From Octopus sinensis (lineage: Eukaryota), in contig NC_042999.1 in assembly GCF_006345805.1 (NCBI RefSeq), positions 38,006,001-38,070,000 on the forward strand: a stretch of DNA of 64,000 bases, in the 5' to 3' direction. The stretch's first letter is position 1, and every line of letters starts with the position of its first letter. The notes beneath the pieces are model-generated. The model searched no databases. It was not told where the DNA came from and saw only the letters and a program-made list of their open reading frames with translations. The translations under genes and the position numbers were made by a program. Of this stretch, positions 25,521-38,684 are shown one piece after another.

Positions 25521-26184
25521 GTAGATGGATCTAGCGACATAACATAACAAAACAAGACAAAACAAAGAAAAAAAAACATAAACAAGAAGGAACTGATATG
25601 CGACTGGAATTATCCAAGAACATTCCAATGTGCAGCTCAGCACGTAACGGAAATAAAGGTAAAAGATGCACGATATAGTATTTGTGTTTTCGTTTCGACA
25701 TTGGCCTCTAACATTTTACTGAGGATTTCATATGAAATTATATGAAGCAGCAGCTAACTCCTTACGATAGAATATATTTGAAGGTATGCATGAGTTATAT
25801 TATTTTCAAAGTGAACATTCATATTGTTTGTTCCTTTATCTTGAATGGTGAATTATGCATTAACTTTTATCTCCCTAGCTTTTGTTATAGTTCTTTTTTA
25901 TCCTCTTTGTAGTTAACGTTATATTCCTTTAATCTTTTATTCTTTTATAGTTACTTCTTTCCTTTGTTGCTTTCCTACTTTCGTTTCTGGTTTAGTTTTC
26001 GTGTTTACTTAGTGGACAAAGAAGATTGAAAAAAAACAACAAAAAATTATAGAAAAAGAGCTGGTAAAAGATATTGATCATGAAGTCCGTTGTGAGTAAT
26101 AAACCGATTTATACTTATAATGAGGTGTACACACACGCACACACACACGTACATACACACATACATATATATGTATATATATGT

Positions 26185-26217
<33 letters not shown>

Positions 26218-26332
26218 ATATATATAGATATATATATATGTATATACATGCATGCGTACATAAATATGTATACTTACACATGTATGAATATATATGCAGC
26301 AATTATCGATATATATATATACACACACACAC

Positions 26333-26365
<33 letters not shown>

Positions 26366-26475
26366 GATATAATAATTGTTGAATTTTATATCTGTACATG
26401 TAAATGCTCGTGTGTGTGCATGCGAATGTATTTGTGTATGTGCGTGTATATATATATATATATAGATATATATCA

Positions 26476-26519
<44 letters not shown>

Positions 26520-26576
26520 TATAGATACCCGTATATATATATTATGTATATATATATATATGTGTAAGCTTATCTC

Positions 26577-26635
<59 letters not shown>

Positions 26636-27362
26636 CATGCATGTACAAACCCTAGAAATATGTTTACAATGTTAATTACTGAAGAAAGCCACATTCAGTC
26701 AGGCACGTTTCAACGTGTGAACATGTCATTAGATATCTTACTAGAATTTTTTTTTTACAATAGAAATACTTTTCATGTTCATTTATTAGAAACTATTGCA
26801 CTTAAAACGCTACGTTGACGAATGTGTATTACGCCTCACGCCTCACAGCCTCCTTTCCTTTTTGTTTCCCTCATTCTCTCTGTCTGTCTGTCTTTCTGTC
26901 TTTCTGTCTCTCCCTCTCTCTGATACTCTCTCTCCCTCTCTGTCTGTATCTTTCTCACCCTTTTTCTCCCTCCTCTCCGAGTATCTCTTGAGACGATAAA
27001 AGAATCGACAAAATTCATAAAAGGCATTTCTTCTACTATTGCTCAGAAGATTTACTTCTACACAATGTGAGGCATGCAGAAAAATTTTTGCCCACCTGTT
27101 CAGCTCTTTTGTAATTGTGGAACATTTTGATTTGTTCTTCGGTTAAATTAATCAAAGTACTTAAGAGATTCTCTCGGAAGCATATCTCTGTCTTCATCTG
27201 TATATACACACATACTGAGATACAGAGAGGTATACAACATGCACACACACACATACATACACACGCACACACACACACACACATACACACACATATATAC
27301 ACATACACACGCACACATACACACTCATATATATATATAGATAGATAGATACATAGAGTTAG

Positions 27363-27400
<38 letters not shown>

Positions 27401-27419
27401 CGATCGGTATTTAGATCCA

Positions 27420-27651
27420 AGGCAGTGAGCTGGCAGAAGCGTTAGCACGTCGGGCGAAATGCTTAGCGGTATTTCGTCTGCCGCTACGTTCTGAGTTCAA
27501 ATTCCGCCGAGGTCGACTTTGCCTTTCATCCTTTCGGGGTCGATTAAATAAGTACCAGTTACGCACTGGGGTCGATATAATCGACTTAATCCGTTTGTCT
27601 GTCCTTATTCGTCCTCTCTGTGTTTAGCCCCTTGTGGGTAGTAAAGAAATA
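27420..27651 (+). mobile_element. SINE family C with a 13-bp TSD
   Basis: TSD GGTATTTAGATCC at 27406-27418 and 27652-27664. Confidence 0.9.
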
Positions 27652-28949
27652 GGTATTTAGATCCTTAGCAAGTCATGTGGCTTAGTCCTTAGGAAGTTGC
27701 AATAAAAATTGTAGGGTTTTGGTTTTGATTCCCGGATCGAACGATGCGTCGAGAAGTTGAACAAAAGACTATTTCACGTTGTTCCAGTCCACTCGCTTGT
27801 AAATGAGTACCAGTAACAACTCTTGTGGAGTGGCATCCCTTTAATTTGGTAGACATGTACTTACTATACGAATTTAATGTGCACGACATCCATCTTATAA
27901 CACACACACACATGTATATAATTTAATATAGACAATATTTAAATTCGAGCTACTATTAGTGTCATGCTGTGAACACACAATTATCTGGCAAGCTTATATA
28001 TCATGCTTTGTGTTCCCAAACAATCTTTCAAACTCAAATATACAACATACCTATTTCTTTTTTTTTTCGTTCGAAAAGAAAAAAAGTGAGAAAGGAACGT
28101 TGACATTGAAAAGAAAAACAAAAAGTTTCAAAGGACGCCTACCTTTGAGAAAACACAGGAAAGAACGAGAAGAATGTAGAAGCAAAATGTGGAATGAGAA
28201 AAAAAGAAGCAATACGTGGAGTAAGGAAATAGAATAAGAAACGAACTGTTGCGTCACTTTACCCATTCAAATTGAAATTAATATGGATGGTGTTCGAATA
28301 AGATTTAACATAGTTACTGTAAATTAATTCAACGAGAAGTTCAAAGTCTCTGAGACCGCAGGCCTTATTTAAGGAACTTGGGGTCCTCCAGTTGAACAAA
28401 GGAATTGTTCTTCATATGTTTACATTTAATAACGATTTCGGATTTGGAATTCAGTAGGTTCGTGAAGTTCTTAGATCTATAGAGAATAAGGGAGCTTTCT
28501 GCTACACAAAGCCTGCCCCTCTTTAATCCATTAACGTATGTAATACATGCATACACATATATAAATAAATGTGCACACGTGTAAATAGCTTTTGATATTA
28601 GGTGTCAGGGAAGATTTTGAGTGAAATATCTACCAAATTTACCTTGGTATGTATCTGTCATTTATACATATCATCCTTGATAAATAAATCATAAAATCAA
28701 CTTCGAAGAAATTTGAAAACAGAACGTAGCTGATTACCGCAATGCTACTCATACGACGATCTACATTTTCTGTTCTCGTTTCTCACATGAAAAAATATTC
28801 GTATATTTATGTGTATGCCAAAATAAATTTATTGTAAAACCATATGCTTGCATCGTGTAAAATGTGCAAATGCAATAAAACGTCATATTTTATTTAGTAA
28901 CAAAATTCTCAATAAAATCGTCATGGCTAATTTCCTCTGTTTTCAACAG

Positions 28950-29047
28950 CGTGGTGCCAAACAATAAATACAGAACATACAACTTAACAGAACAAGTTAA
29001 AAAGGAAAAACATGTTGCCAAACTTTACTTTGGCACATGTTTGTCTT
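28950..29047 (+). CDS. Candidate internal coding exon (98 nt, phase 2 to 1): VVPNNKYRTYNLTEQVKKEKHVAKLYFGTCLS
   Basis: Branch-like CTAAT plus ttcctctgttttcaacAG acceptor, GTAAGT donor; single open frame, in phase with 25442-25520. Confidence 0.65.
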
Positions 29048-29589
29048 GTAAGTAAAAAAGAGACCGAACCAATTTGAAGATCAGATATAATGAGAATTCC
29101 GGCTGTATGTTTATTTATTTGTCTGTCTTAACAATAAACAAAACAAATTGAGGCGAGTTCCTCAAAGTAGGAGGTAGGCTTCTCCGTTCTGTAAGTTGAG
29201 TCAGCAAAATAGCTTGGAATTTTTTTTTTTTATTTTGTGTCGATTGCAAAGAAAGTCACAATGTGGTCGCTCGACCTGCTCAATGTAGCAGCCAAATATT
29301 CCCCAAATGTCACAGATTGTCTTAAAATAGTGAGGAATCGGCACCAGTACTTAATTTCATTGATTCTAGAAGGGTTGAAGTGAAGCTGATATTGCTGAGG
29401 TTTGAAATCAGAACGCAAAAATATTGAAAAACTTGACCAACGATTCTGCGAAACAGCAATCTTTAAAATAATGCCTAATTTCGAATATTTTACAACCGAT
29501 ATATAAACGTTTTACCTGTAGAAGACTATTATTTAATCTAATTATAATACATATACACATGTATGCGTATATGCATACACATACACATG

Positions 29590-29910
29590 CACAGAAACGT
29601 TGACATTCCGTCGGTTGCGACGACGAAGTTTCCAGCTGACCCGATCAACGGAACAGTCTGCTCTTGACATTAATGTGCAAGTGGTTAGGCACTCTGCAGA
29701 CACACCAGCCCTTAACATAGTTTTCAGGGATATTCAATGAGAGAATGTGCCAAGGCTGGCCTTTTGGAATACAAGTACTACTCATTTTTGCCAGCTGAAT
29801 TCACTGGAGCAACGAGAAATAAAGTGTCTTGCTTTAGGGCACAGCGCATCGCCGGGAATCGAAATCATCACCTTACGATCGTGAACCGCATACGCTAACT
29901 ACTAAGCCAC
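29590..29910 (-). mobile_element. tRNA-derived SINE of another family, diverged
   Basis: Minus head GTGTGGCTTAGTAGTTAGCG..GATTTCGATTCCCGGCGATGCG..GCAAGACACTTTATTTC; the CAGCTGGCAAAAAT motif is shared with 20913-21143. Confidence 0.65.
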
Positions 29911-30609
29911 ACATGAACACACACACACACACACACACCTACACACACATACACACACACACACATACACATACACACACACACATACACACACACTCAT
30001 ACACATACACACACACATACACACATACACATACACACACACATACACACACACACTCATACACACACACATACACACACCACACACACACACATACACA
30101 CACACACACATGTCATATTATAACGTTGTTAATATAAAGAATGTTTATGACTAGCAACTGAACGTTTACTGATGGGGTGACGCAATATTGTAAAAAGAGT
30201 CAACTACTGCAATGTTCAAGTTGAATAATTCTTGAGCTTTTTGCCTGTCGGCTGAATCCGCTTTCTGGAGGGGGCAACGGGCCTTACAGTTGAACAAGCA
30301 GATTACAAACACACATACACACACATACAGAGATACACCCATAACCCCATCCATAGACACGTGCACCCACACACATGCGGATGCTTAGCAACATATGGTT
30401 CCAGTTATAAGCTTCATGACGAATATGTCAAAACACTGCAACTGAAGAAATGCAATCTGAAATTTCAGAATCACACATGCGCTTCTAGATACACTGTATT
30501 TGTAGTGGTTGTTACTTTTAATAAACGAACCTGTGATGTAGGAAATAGTTATGCCAGAAAAATCAAGTAACACATCATAAAAGAATCATAAAACAGCGTT
30601 CGATATATA

Positions 30610-30976
30610 GGCACAGGAGTGGCTGTGTGGTAAGTAGCTTGCTAACCAACCACATGGTTCCGGGTTCAGTCCCACTGCGTGGCATCTTGGGCAAGTGTCT
30701 TCTGCTATAGCCCCGGGCCAACCAATACCTTGTGAGTGGATTTGGTAGACGGAAACTGAAAGAAGCCTGTCGTATATATGTATATATATGTGTGTGTATG
30801 TGTGTGTGTGTGTGTCTGTGTTTGTCCCCCTAGCATTGCTTGACAACCGATGCTGGTGTGTTTACGTCCCCGTCACTTAGCGGTTCGGCAAAAGAGACCG
30901 ATAGAATAAGCCCTGGGGTCGATTTGGTCGACTAAAGGCGGTGCTCCAGCATGTAAAAGAGTAAAAAGAGTAAAGA
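30610..30976 (+). mobile_element. SINE family A, near full length
   Basis: GGCACAGGAGTGGCTGTGTGGTAAGTAGC..GGTTCAGTCCC through the (GTAAAAGA)n tail. Confidence 0.9.
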
Positions 30977-31142
30977 GTAAAGAGACATCGGCCAGAGAAC
31001 TGTTCGATTTACCCCAACCAGGGCATACAAAATAACAATGCCATGATAGAACAGCCCACACACACACGCACGCACACATACACACACGCGCGCGCGGACA
31101 CACACGCTCACGCATATATTGTTTATGCACAACCATTTATAT

Positions 31143-31230
31143 ACGAGGTTTGATCAATAAGTATCAGGACTATTGCCATAATAATGAAGTTAAAGCACGT
31201 AGAGTAAAGTTGCTTGGGACAGTCCTTTGT
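31143..31230 (+). mobile_element. Isolated mariner-like terminal fragment
   Basis: TA-CGAGGTTTGATCAATAAGTATC resembles the mariner TIR at 18859; no partner TIR seen. Confidence 0.45.
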
Positions 31231-31291
31231 TGTCACTTTTAATTAATGTTGTTGTTGTTTTTATTATTATTATCCGTATTATATATATATA

Positions 31292-31347
<56 letters not shown>

Positions 31348-31348
31348 A

Positions 31349-31470
31349 TCAGCCGAAATTGCGAGGATGATCCGGTTCTTGACTGAAGATTAGAGGCTTC
31401 GAATGACCCGTCCGTTTTTTGTGCCGTCTATTTGAATATTTTGCGTTATTGTCCCATTTTGTATTTTTAT
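31349..31470 (+). mobile_element. TA-flanked repeat, family H3 (other copies at ~42510-42835(-) and ~51650-51960(-))
   Basis: AATCAGCCGAAATTGCGA.GAT..CTTGACTGA.GA..TTCGAA.G.CCCGTCC is shared by three loci, each abutting a TA tract at one end. Confidence 0.7.
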
Positions 31471-31479
31471 ATATATTTT

Positions 31480-31575
<96 letters not shown>

Positions 31576-31579
31576 TAAA

Positions 31580-31690
<111 letters not shown>

Positions 31691-31885
31691 ATAAGGTCCT
31701 GGTGGGGTATAAAGGCAGGACATTCGAAGAGTATCTCTCAACCTGAGTTGTGTCGGATTCCAGACAGATTCCGAATTTCTTCAGTCCTGGTTTCACGACG
31801 GTAAAACCGCTGTGTGGTCGTAGCGAAGTGTAAAATAAAATATAATCCAAATAATAAATAAGACAAAGATATACTTTATCGTTTC

Positions 31886-32149
31886 TTTAATGATCATTCA
31901 ACTTTGCTTGCAACATCAGTTTACACAAAATTCGAAGTCAAACTTAACGTAACATTTTCGGTTTTAGGTATTAGAGTGGAATTTCGTCAGACCTGCTCAA
32001 AAATAAGAGCAGACCTTTGGTGCAAATCTGATGAAGTGCCGCTCTAATGTCTAAAACTGCAAATATTACGTATATCTTCATTTCGAATATTGTGTAAACT
32101 GGCGTTGAAAGTAGAGTTGGTACAGAAACAATTCTAACTGATTATTAAA
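31886..32149. mobile_element. Imperfect fold-back element (MITE-like)
   Basis: Left arm tttaatgatca..cagtttacacaaaattcgaa..ttcgtcaga pairs with right arm tctgatgaag..ttcgaatattgtgtaaactg..tgattattaaa; central hairpin CTGCTC/GAGCAG. Confidence 0.7.
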
Positions 32150-32483
32150 GATGTGTTAAACTATTTCTTTGTTTTATTATTTAGATTAAACAAACACGCA
32201 CGCATGCGCGCGCACGCTCATATACGCGAAGGAACATGGATATTAAACCTGAGCAGGTACTTTACCAGCACTGTAATATAGTCCAGGCTCTGCCTAATCA
32301 GAACGAATGATGTGGAATATCGGGAAATTGTTTAAGGGAGTCAATCACACGCTATTTCACCTGATGGATAAATCCTGAATTCGCTTCTTTGGATGTTATA
32401 CAGTATACAGAGTGTATATAAAAGACATTAAAATAAAGATGGAGAATTATACACCCACAAACATTGTATACAATATTCAAGAG

Positions 32484-32885
32484 CAGTGAGCTGGCAGAAT
32501 CGCTAGCACGCCGGATGAAATGGTTTGCGGTATTTCGTCTGCCGCTACGTTGTGAGTTCAAATTCCGCCGAGGTCGACTTTACTGTTCACCATTTCGGGA
32601 TCGATTAAATAAGTACCAGTTACGCACTGGGGTCGATATAATCGACTTAATCCGTTTGTCTGTCCTTGTTTGTCTCCTCTGTGTTTAGCCCCTTGTGGGT
32701 AGTAAAGAAATAGGTATTTCGTCTGCCGCTACGTTTTGAGTTCAAATTCCACCGAGGTCGACTTTGCCTTTCATCCTTTCGTGGTCGATGAAATAAGTAG
32801 CAGTTATACACTGCAGTTGATGTAATCGACTGGCCCCCTTCCACACAAAAAATGTCAAGGCCTTGTGCCTAGAGTAGAAATAATT
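32484..32885 (+). mobile_element. SINE family C, compound two-unit form
   Basis: Unit 1 ends AAAGAAATA and resumes at GGTATTTCGTCTGCCG of unit 2, which has a different tail (GGCCCC..GGCCTTGTGCCTAGAGTAGAAA). Confidence 0.85.
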
Positions 32886-34589
32886 ATATACAATATTCAC
32901 TTTAAGTCTCTGACTGGCGCATGTGTTTCTACTGCATAGATATCATAGGATATGATATCCAGTTATATCCTGTTACTTCAGTTGCATTATGAGTTCCTTC
33001 AATGTAGACGTACCCATGCAACTTTATTCACAGTGCTATCTCTACGAGTCTTTGAAGTGATATTTAATTAGGGATGAATTTTACCTATTCTTCCCTTTCT
33101 GCTTTTATTTCGTCTTTTTGCTGTTTTCCTATGTAGTCAATTAACTCCTTGTTATTTGTCTATCACTTTGAAATTCACTGCTTTCCTCTTGAGAGTTTCG
33201 GTTATTTTTTCAGCCGTTTTGTTGTGTTGTGTGTTTTGGAGTTGTTTCTGTGCATGTGTATTTTCTTGTCGTGGGAGTACAATGGGAAGTTTGCTTGCTA
33301 TAATGATAGCTTTGTGGTATGTTATTTTTGCTGTTGCTGGTACTGTTTCGGTGCATGTACTGGTGTGTGACTATTTGGGGTGTTTTGGAGTACGTGGCCT
33401 ACATTCTTGGTTTTTGCGGTAGACCTATAGTCTTTTGCCTTTTGTCTTTGGGACTTTCCGGTGACCTCTTTTCACTCTCTTGGTTCCATCACTTTTTCTT
33501 CGTTTTTTGAGGATGTGTCGGCAGGAGAAGGCGGAAGCTGTTTTTCTTTCTGTCCGAAGTTCTTGGTAGACAGTAAATGGGTTGTAGTTGATTTAGCACA
33601 GGGGCCGATCTCCTTCTGGTGTTCTGCGCTCCCACGCGAGTAACTTCCTTCGTACTACCACAGCACTTACGGGGTCTTAAATGACCAGATAAATGAGCTC
33701 GGTTATTGTTTATAAATTTTCTTGGAAGAACCTCATTTGAAACTCAACGTTTAATTCGGCCCTCATTTTGCGCAGGATGTCTCTCTTCTTTATAATCTCT
33801 TGATACACTTTTAAGATCATTCCAATATTACTGAGAATTATTTCTTGAGGTACATTATTTAGTGTCGCCTTACATATATATATTATATATATATATTTTT
33901 ATAGCTTTTTCTTCGTTAGGGCAGAGAACTTCTACCGTTTCAAATAGTTTTACTTTTCTTAGATTCTACACTGATTTCCACACATCCTTCAAGATTTCTC
34001 AGCTACAACAGCAACCACTACAAAAACAATAATAATAATCCAAATTACGATGAGCGTAAACAAACAAACGAAGTTTGCTTTAGAAACGTTGAGATGTCTT
34101 CGAAAGTTAAAAAAGTGATTTTAAATTTTCAAACACAGGATAATGCTAATATAGCCTGAACAAGATAAGCTACCCCTATTTTGCAGAAAAAAGGGTTGGC
34201 GGCCAGAATAATAATAATATTGGTGTCACAGTTTGGCACAAAACCAGTAATTTCGGTGGAAGGTGCCAGTCAATTACAAAGATACCAGTACTCAGCTAGT
34301 ATTTATTTCATTGTCCCCAAGTGGATGAATGTCAAAGTCGAGACTGATGAAATGCTCTTAAATATTTTGCCCTGCGTGGTAAAGATACTGTCAGCTCGTT
34401 AATACTTTCTACTCTACTGGCTAAAGGCCTGAAATTTGTTGGGAGGAGGTTAGTCAAGTCGAGACTGTACTAGTAGACGCTTATCTTATGCGATGCATCT
34501 CGGGATCGTACCCTAAGCCAGAGTGCTGAAGCTTGTTTCTTACCCACATAACCAACCACTTTGTTGCACATTGAACAAGTAGTTTTGAA

Positions 34590-35150
34590 TATGGCCTCGG
34601 GCTGACCAAAGCCTTGTGACTGGATTTGATAGACGGAAACTAAAAGAAGCCCGTCATATATTTATATATGTGTGTGTGTGTGTATTTATGCTTGTGTATG
34701 TTTGCGTCTGCGTTTGTCCCCTCCACCATCGTTTGACAACCGGTATTGGTGTGCTTAAGGCGGCGAGCTGGCAGAAACGTTAGCACGCCGGGTGAAATGC
34801 TTAGCGGTATTTCGTCTGCGTTACGTTGTGAGTTCAAATTACGCCGAGGTCGACTTTGCCTTTCATCCTTTCGGGGTCGATAAATTAAGTACCAGTTACG
34901 CACTGGGGTCGATGTAATCGACTTAATACCAATGTCTGTCCTTGTTTGTCCCCTCTGTGTTTAGCCCCTTGTGGGTAATAAAGAAATAGGTATTGGTGTG
35001 CTTATGTCCCTGTAACTTAGCGATTCGACAAAAGAGACCGATAGAATAAGTACTAGGCTTAAAATAAGTCCTGGTCTCGATTTCTTCGACCAAAATTCTT
35101 TAAGGAGATTCTGCAGCGCGGCCGCAGTCAAATGACTGACACATGGGAAA
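34590..35150 (+). mobile_element. SINE family A interrupted by a family C SINE (34758-34988)
   Basis: 16-bp TSD GGTATTGGTGTGCTTA at 34742-34757 and 34989-35004. Confidence 0.88.
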
Positions 35151-36076
35151 AAATAAACAGACTCACATTTATTGAATTTACAACAACAACAAAAGCGAAG
35201 CAATGACTTGTAAATGAATGTACCTTCTGGGCTGCCTGAAATGCAGGTCTTACTTTCAATACAAGTGTTTATACCTATGTACCGTAACTATAAGCTATTA
35301 AGACATCGATGTACTGAGATAGCCTCTGATGAGTGATACTGTCCAATGACGTAGTTATAATACGTACAGCCATCATTCGACCACTCTACCGGATCTGTTC
35401 AGCTTTCGCTCACTACATTCTTTCATCCTCTGAGTGACGTAATAAATACATATATAAAAAGTGTAAAAGTACACACACACACAGTATTTTTTTCTCTGTG
35501 CATCCAGAGAAGTCAATGTTTTGATCTATGTTATTTCATGAACTGCCATAAAGTTAGAGGCCTGTTTCTAAGCTGTCAGCAGGAGATCAATGGCGCTTAT
35601 TGAAGATCAACAAACGGTAAAAAAAAAAAAAAATCAGTATTTTCTAGTTAAAGCAAAGGATAGCCTATTTTAGTCTCGTTTTCTCTATCTTCACAACTTA
35701 CACAACTCTCTCAAATTTCTTATTTTTATACACATCGAAAAACACACACATACCTACAACCCCCGCCCCCCACCGCGCACACATATACACAAAGAGGAAC
35801 ATTCTGGTATCTTGTTTTGCTATTGTTGATCAGAGTGTAAATTGAAATAAAATCATTTGATGTGTTCATAGAGTGTCAGTCTCGCCACTAAACTATGGGC
35901 AGTACGTGTTCTTACTAATTTATTTTCGGATGTAATATAAACTAATGCATGTATTATATTTGACATGAAGTTTGAAATAAAAAAAAGATGCATTGAATTG
36001 TGGTAACTTATATTGGCATTGTCATACATATACACATACATATATATGTGTATGTATGCATGTATATATTATATAA

Positions 36077-36148
<72 letters not shown>

Positions 36149-36303
36149 ATATATATATATATACACATATACATATACGTTCATACATATGCGTATATAC
36201 ATATGCGCACACTCACTCACATACACACACACACACACGCACACATATATAGATAAATTTGATAAGTGCCAACGCACAAGACTCGGATTTTGAGTCAAAA
36301 TAT

Positions 36304-36353
<50 letters not shown>

Positions 36354-36508
36354 TACAGAAAAACCACTATTATGTAACTGAAACAATGATAGACGTAAAT
36401 AACACCATATAGAAAACATAAAATATATGATAAAACATTTATCTGGATCACAATAAAGAACATAATAATAAATAAGCAGTATATTAGTAAGTTTGGATTT
36501 ATACTCCC

Positions 36509-36569
<61 letters not shown>

Positions 36570-37494
36570 TGTGTGTGTGTGTGTGCTCGTGTACCTGTAT
36601 TCTATATTCCAGGGAGTGAAAAGTCCAAATGAACCAATGCCTGGCGGGCCATTTAGGATGAAGTACTCAAAGATAAGTTTGAGAGTGAATGTAGATATTT
36701 AATTCATAGTTGTTCGTGTGACAAAATATATTTAGTTGGACGAATGATTATAGATTATATATACATACATGTATATACAAACTCAAACACACAAACACAT
36801 TACTTCCTGCCAGTTTCAGAATAGGTACTGCCGAATATTGTACGTACGAGCATATGCATACTCCTAGGAACTCACACACACACATTTAGATATATATGTT
36901 TGTGTGCATGTGTGTGTATGTGTGTGAACGTGTATATCTACATGTGTGTGTGTGTACTTGTAACGCATTAAGTGAATTATCGATTTGTTCGCCATTAATA
37001 ATGCAGTACAATGAAACTAGCCTTACAATATATTCGTACATGAATGGCGCATGAACACGGCGTCGCAATATAACGAAACTCCTTTGAATCATACATAGCT
37101 CTTAAACTGTAGGTAGTGATGAGCTATAGTACCAACTGTTAGAGATTTAGATTTAGCTGCATTACTCTATCATGGCCTAAGTGACCCCCCCCCACCATTC
37201 TCGAGACGAGATGGTCTGAAGTGGACAGATCTGGATTTAATGAGTAAAAGATATTAGTATAGCTCTAACATTTTTATGCAAATTTTCAGAGAGCCGTCTG
37301 CTAATATTTCTTGTTACAAAAATCTTCCTGAACGAAAGAATATTAATAAAGACGTGTTTTCTCACCCCATATTGATTCCCCATTTTCCCCCATTTTTTTT
37401 ATGGGCACAAAGCGCCGCCATTAACAAAATACGAAACATCGATACTTACACCGGGAATCCGTTCTGGCTTGGTTCTACCGTTCTTTCACAACAC

Positions 37495-37531
<37 letters not shown>

Positions 37532-38616
37532 TTCATTCACTATATTTTACAGAGAAGGTAATAGCTGTCTACCTTGTGACATTTTCTTAGTAATTTCAAC
37601 TTCTTCGAAAGAAACAGTCTAAAAAATATCTAAATATATACGAAAAAACTATGGAAAACTATGAATAAAATTTCCCTCTTTATTTTAAAGTGAGTATTGT
37701 ATATTATTTTATTCAGCAAAATGCGACTCTACAATCATAAGAGACCGTGTCAATATCACAAGTCCAAATATTTAGTATCACGAAGCTGACATTTGCTACC
37801 ACTCTGTTATTGAGGATGTCTTTGGCCTATTATCTCAGTCAGCTTCAGGCAAAAATATCAGAAAAAACAAAATATGTAATGATTCTTTCTTGTGTAAATT
37901 TATTGTAGAAAAATCTAATATTAGAGATATTGTGTTAATGCACCACATAAAAGATGAAATATAATTTAAGCACTACTCACAGATATACACACACAAACAC
38001 GCACGAAAACATACATACATATACACACACACACAAACATAGCCATAGACAGTCACGTTTTCAAGACCTTCATCAACAAATATACATCGTAGAAACGTAT
38101 ATGCGTCGGCGTTGTATAATGTATTTATATGGGTCTCATCAGATGCTTACAGAAGACAAAACTTTAAAATGTACACAATGCACATAGATGTATCTGTATG
38201 TATGGCGTGAAGGAAGACGGGCAGGGTGGTTGCATGGAAAAATGGATAAATGGATGAATCTGTGCATAGATACATACATACATTCCTGCATACATACAAA
38301 CATACATACATACATAATATAACATGATATAAGATAACAGTATATAAGAGTATATATATACGTACAAACAAACACAGATACATATATAAGTATATTAAGT
38401 ACACAGAATGAGTTTTATATCCATCAGCCATCAACATAAGGGACGCTGACTATGATCTCTCCTCGCATCAGTTTGCAAAGTTTTGCTGAAACTCAAACGT
38501 GATATGTTGCATTATGTTTCACATATATGAATAAATATGAATGTACCTGGTTGTATTTACTTAGAAAGGAGGAATAGCAGGAAGCAGAGTTGTTGGTCAT
38601 TTTAGAGTGAGACGTC

Positions 38617-38684
38617 AACTGTTCTAATACGTCAAGCAGCGATCCTGTTAACTGTTCTAATACGTCAAGCAGCGATCCCGTTAA
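38617..38684. repeat. 33-bp tandem duplication
   Basis: AACTGTTCTAATACGTCAAGCAGCGATCC(T/C)GTT twice. Confidence 0.9.

Noticed and set aside
27096-27197. Minus-strand 102-nt open exon-like interval (MKTEICFRENLL..)
   Set aside because: The acceptor lies in a TG/TA microsatellite without a pyrimidine tract; no partner exon and no recognisable peptide.
27420-27510. SINE heads as genuine tRNA genes
   Set aside because: A/B boxes are present, but there is no cloverleaf with an acceptor stem and each continues into a SINE body.
32900-33640. Possible decayed LINE ORF1/endonuclease start on the minus strand
   Set aside because: Only faint motif traces (YDIYAVETH) amid many stops; cannot be supported without a profile search.
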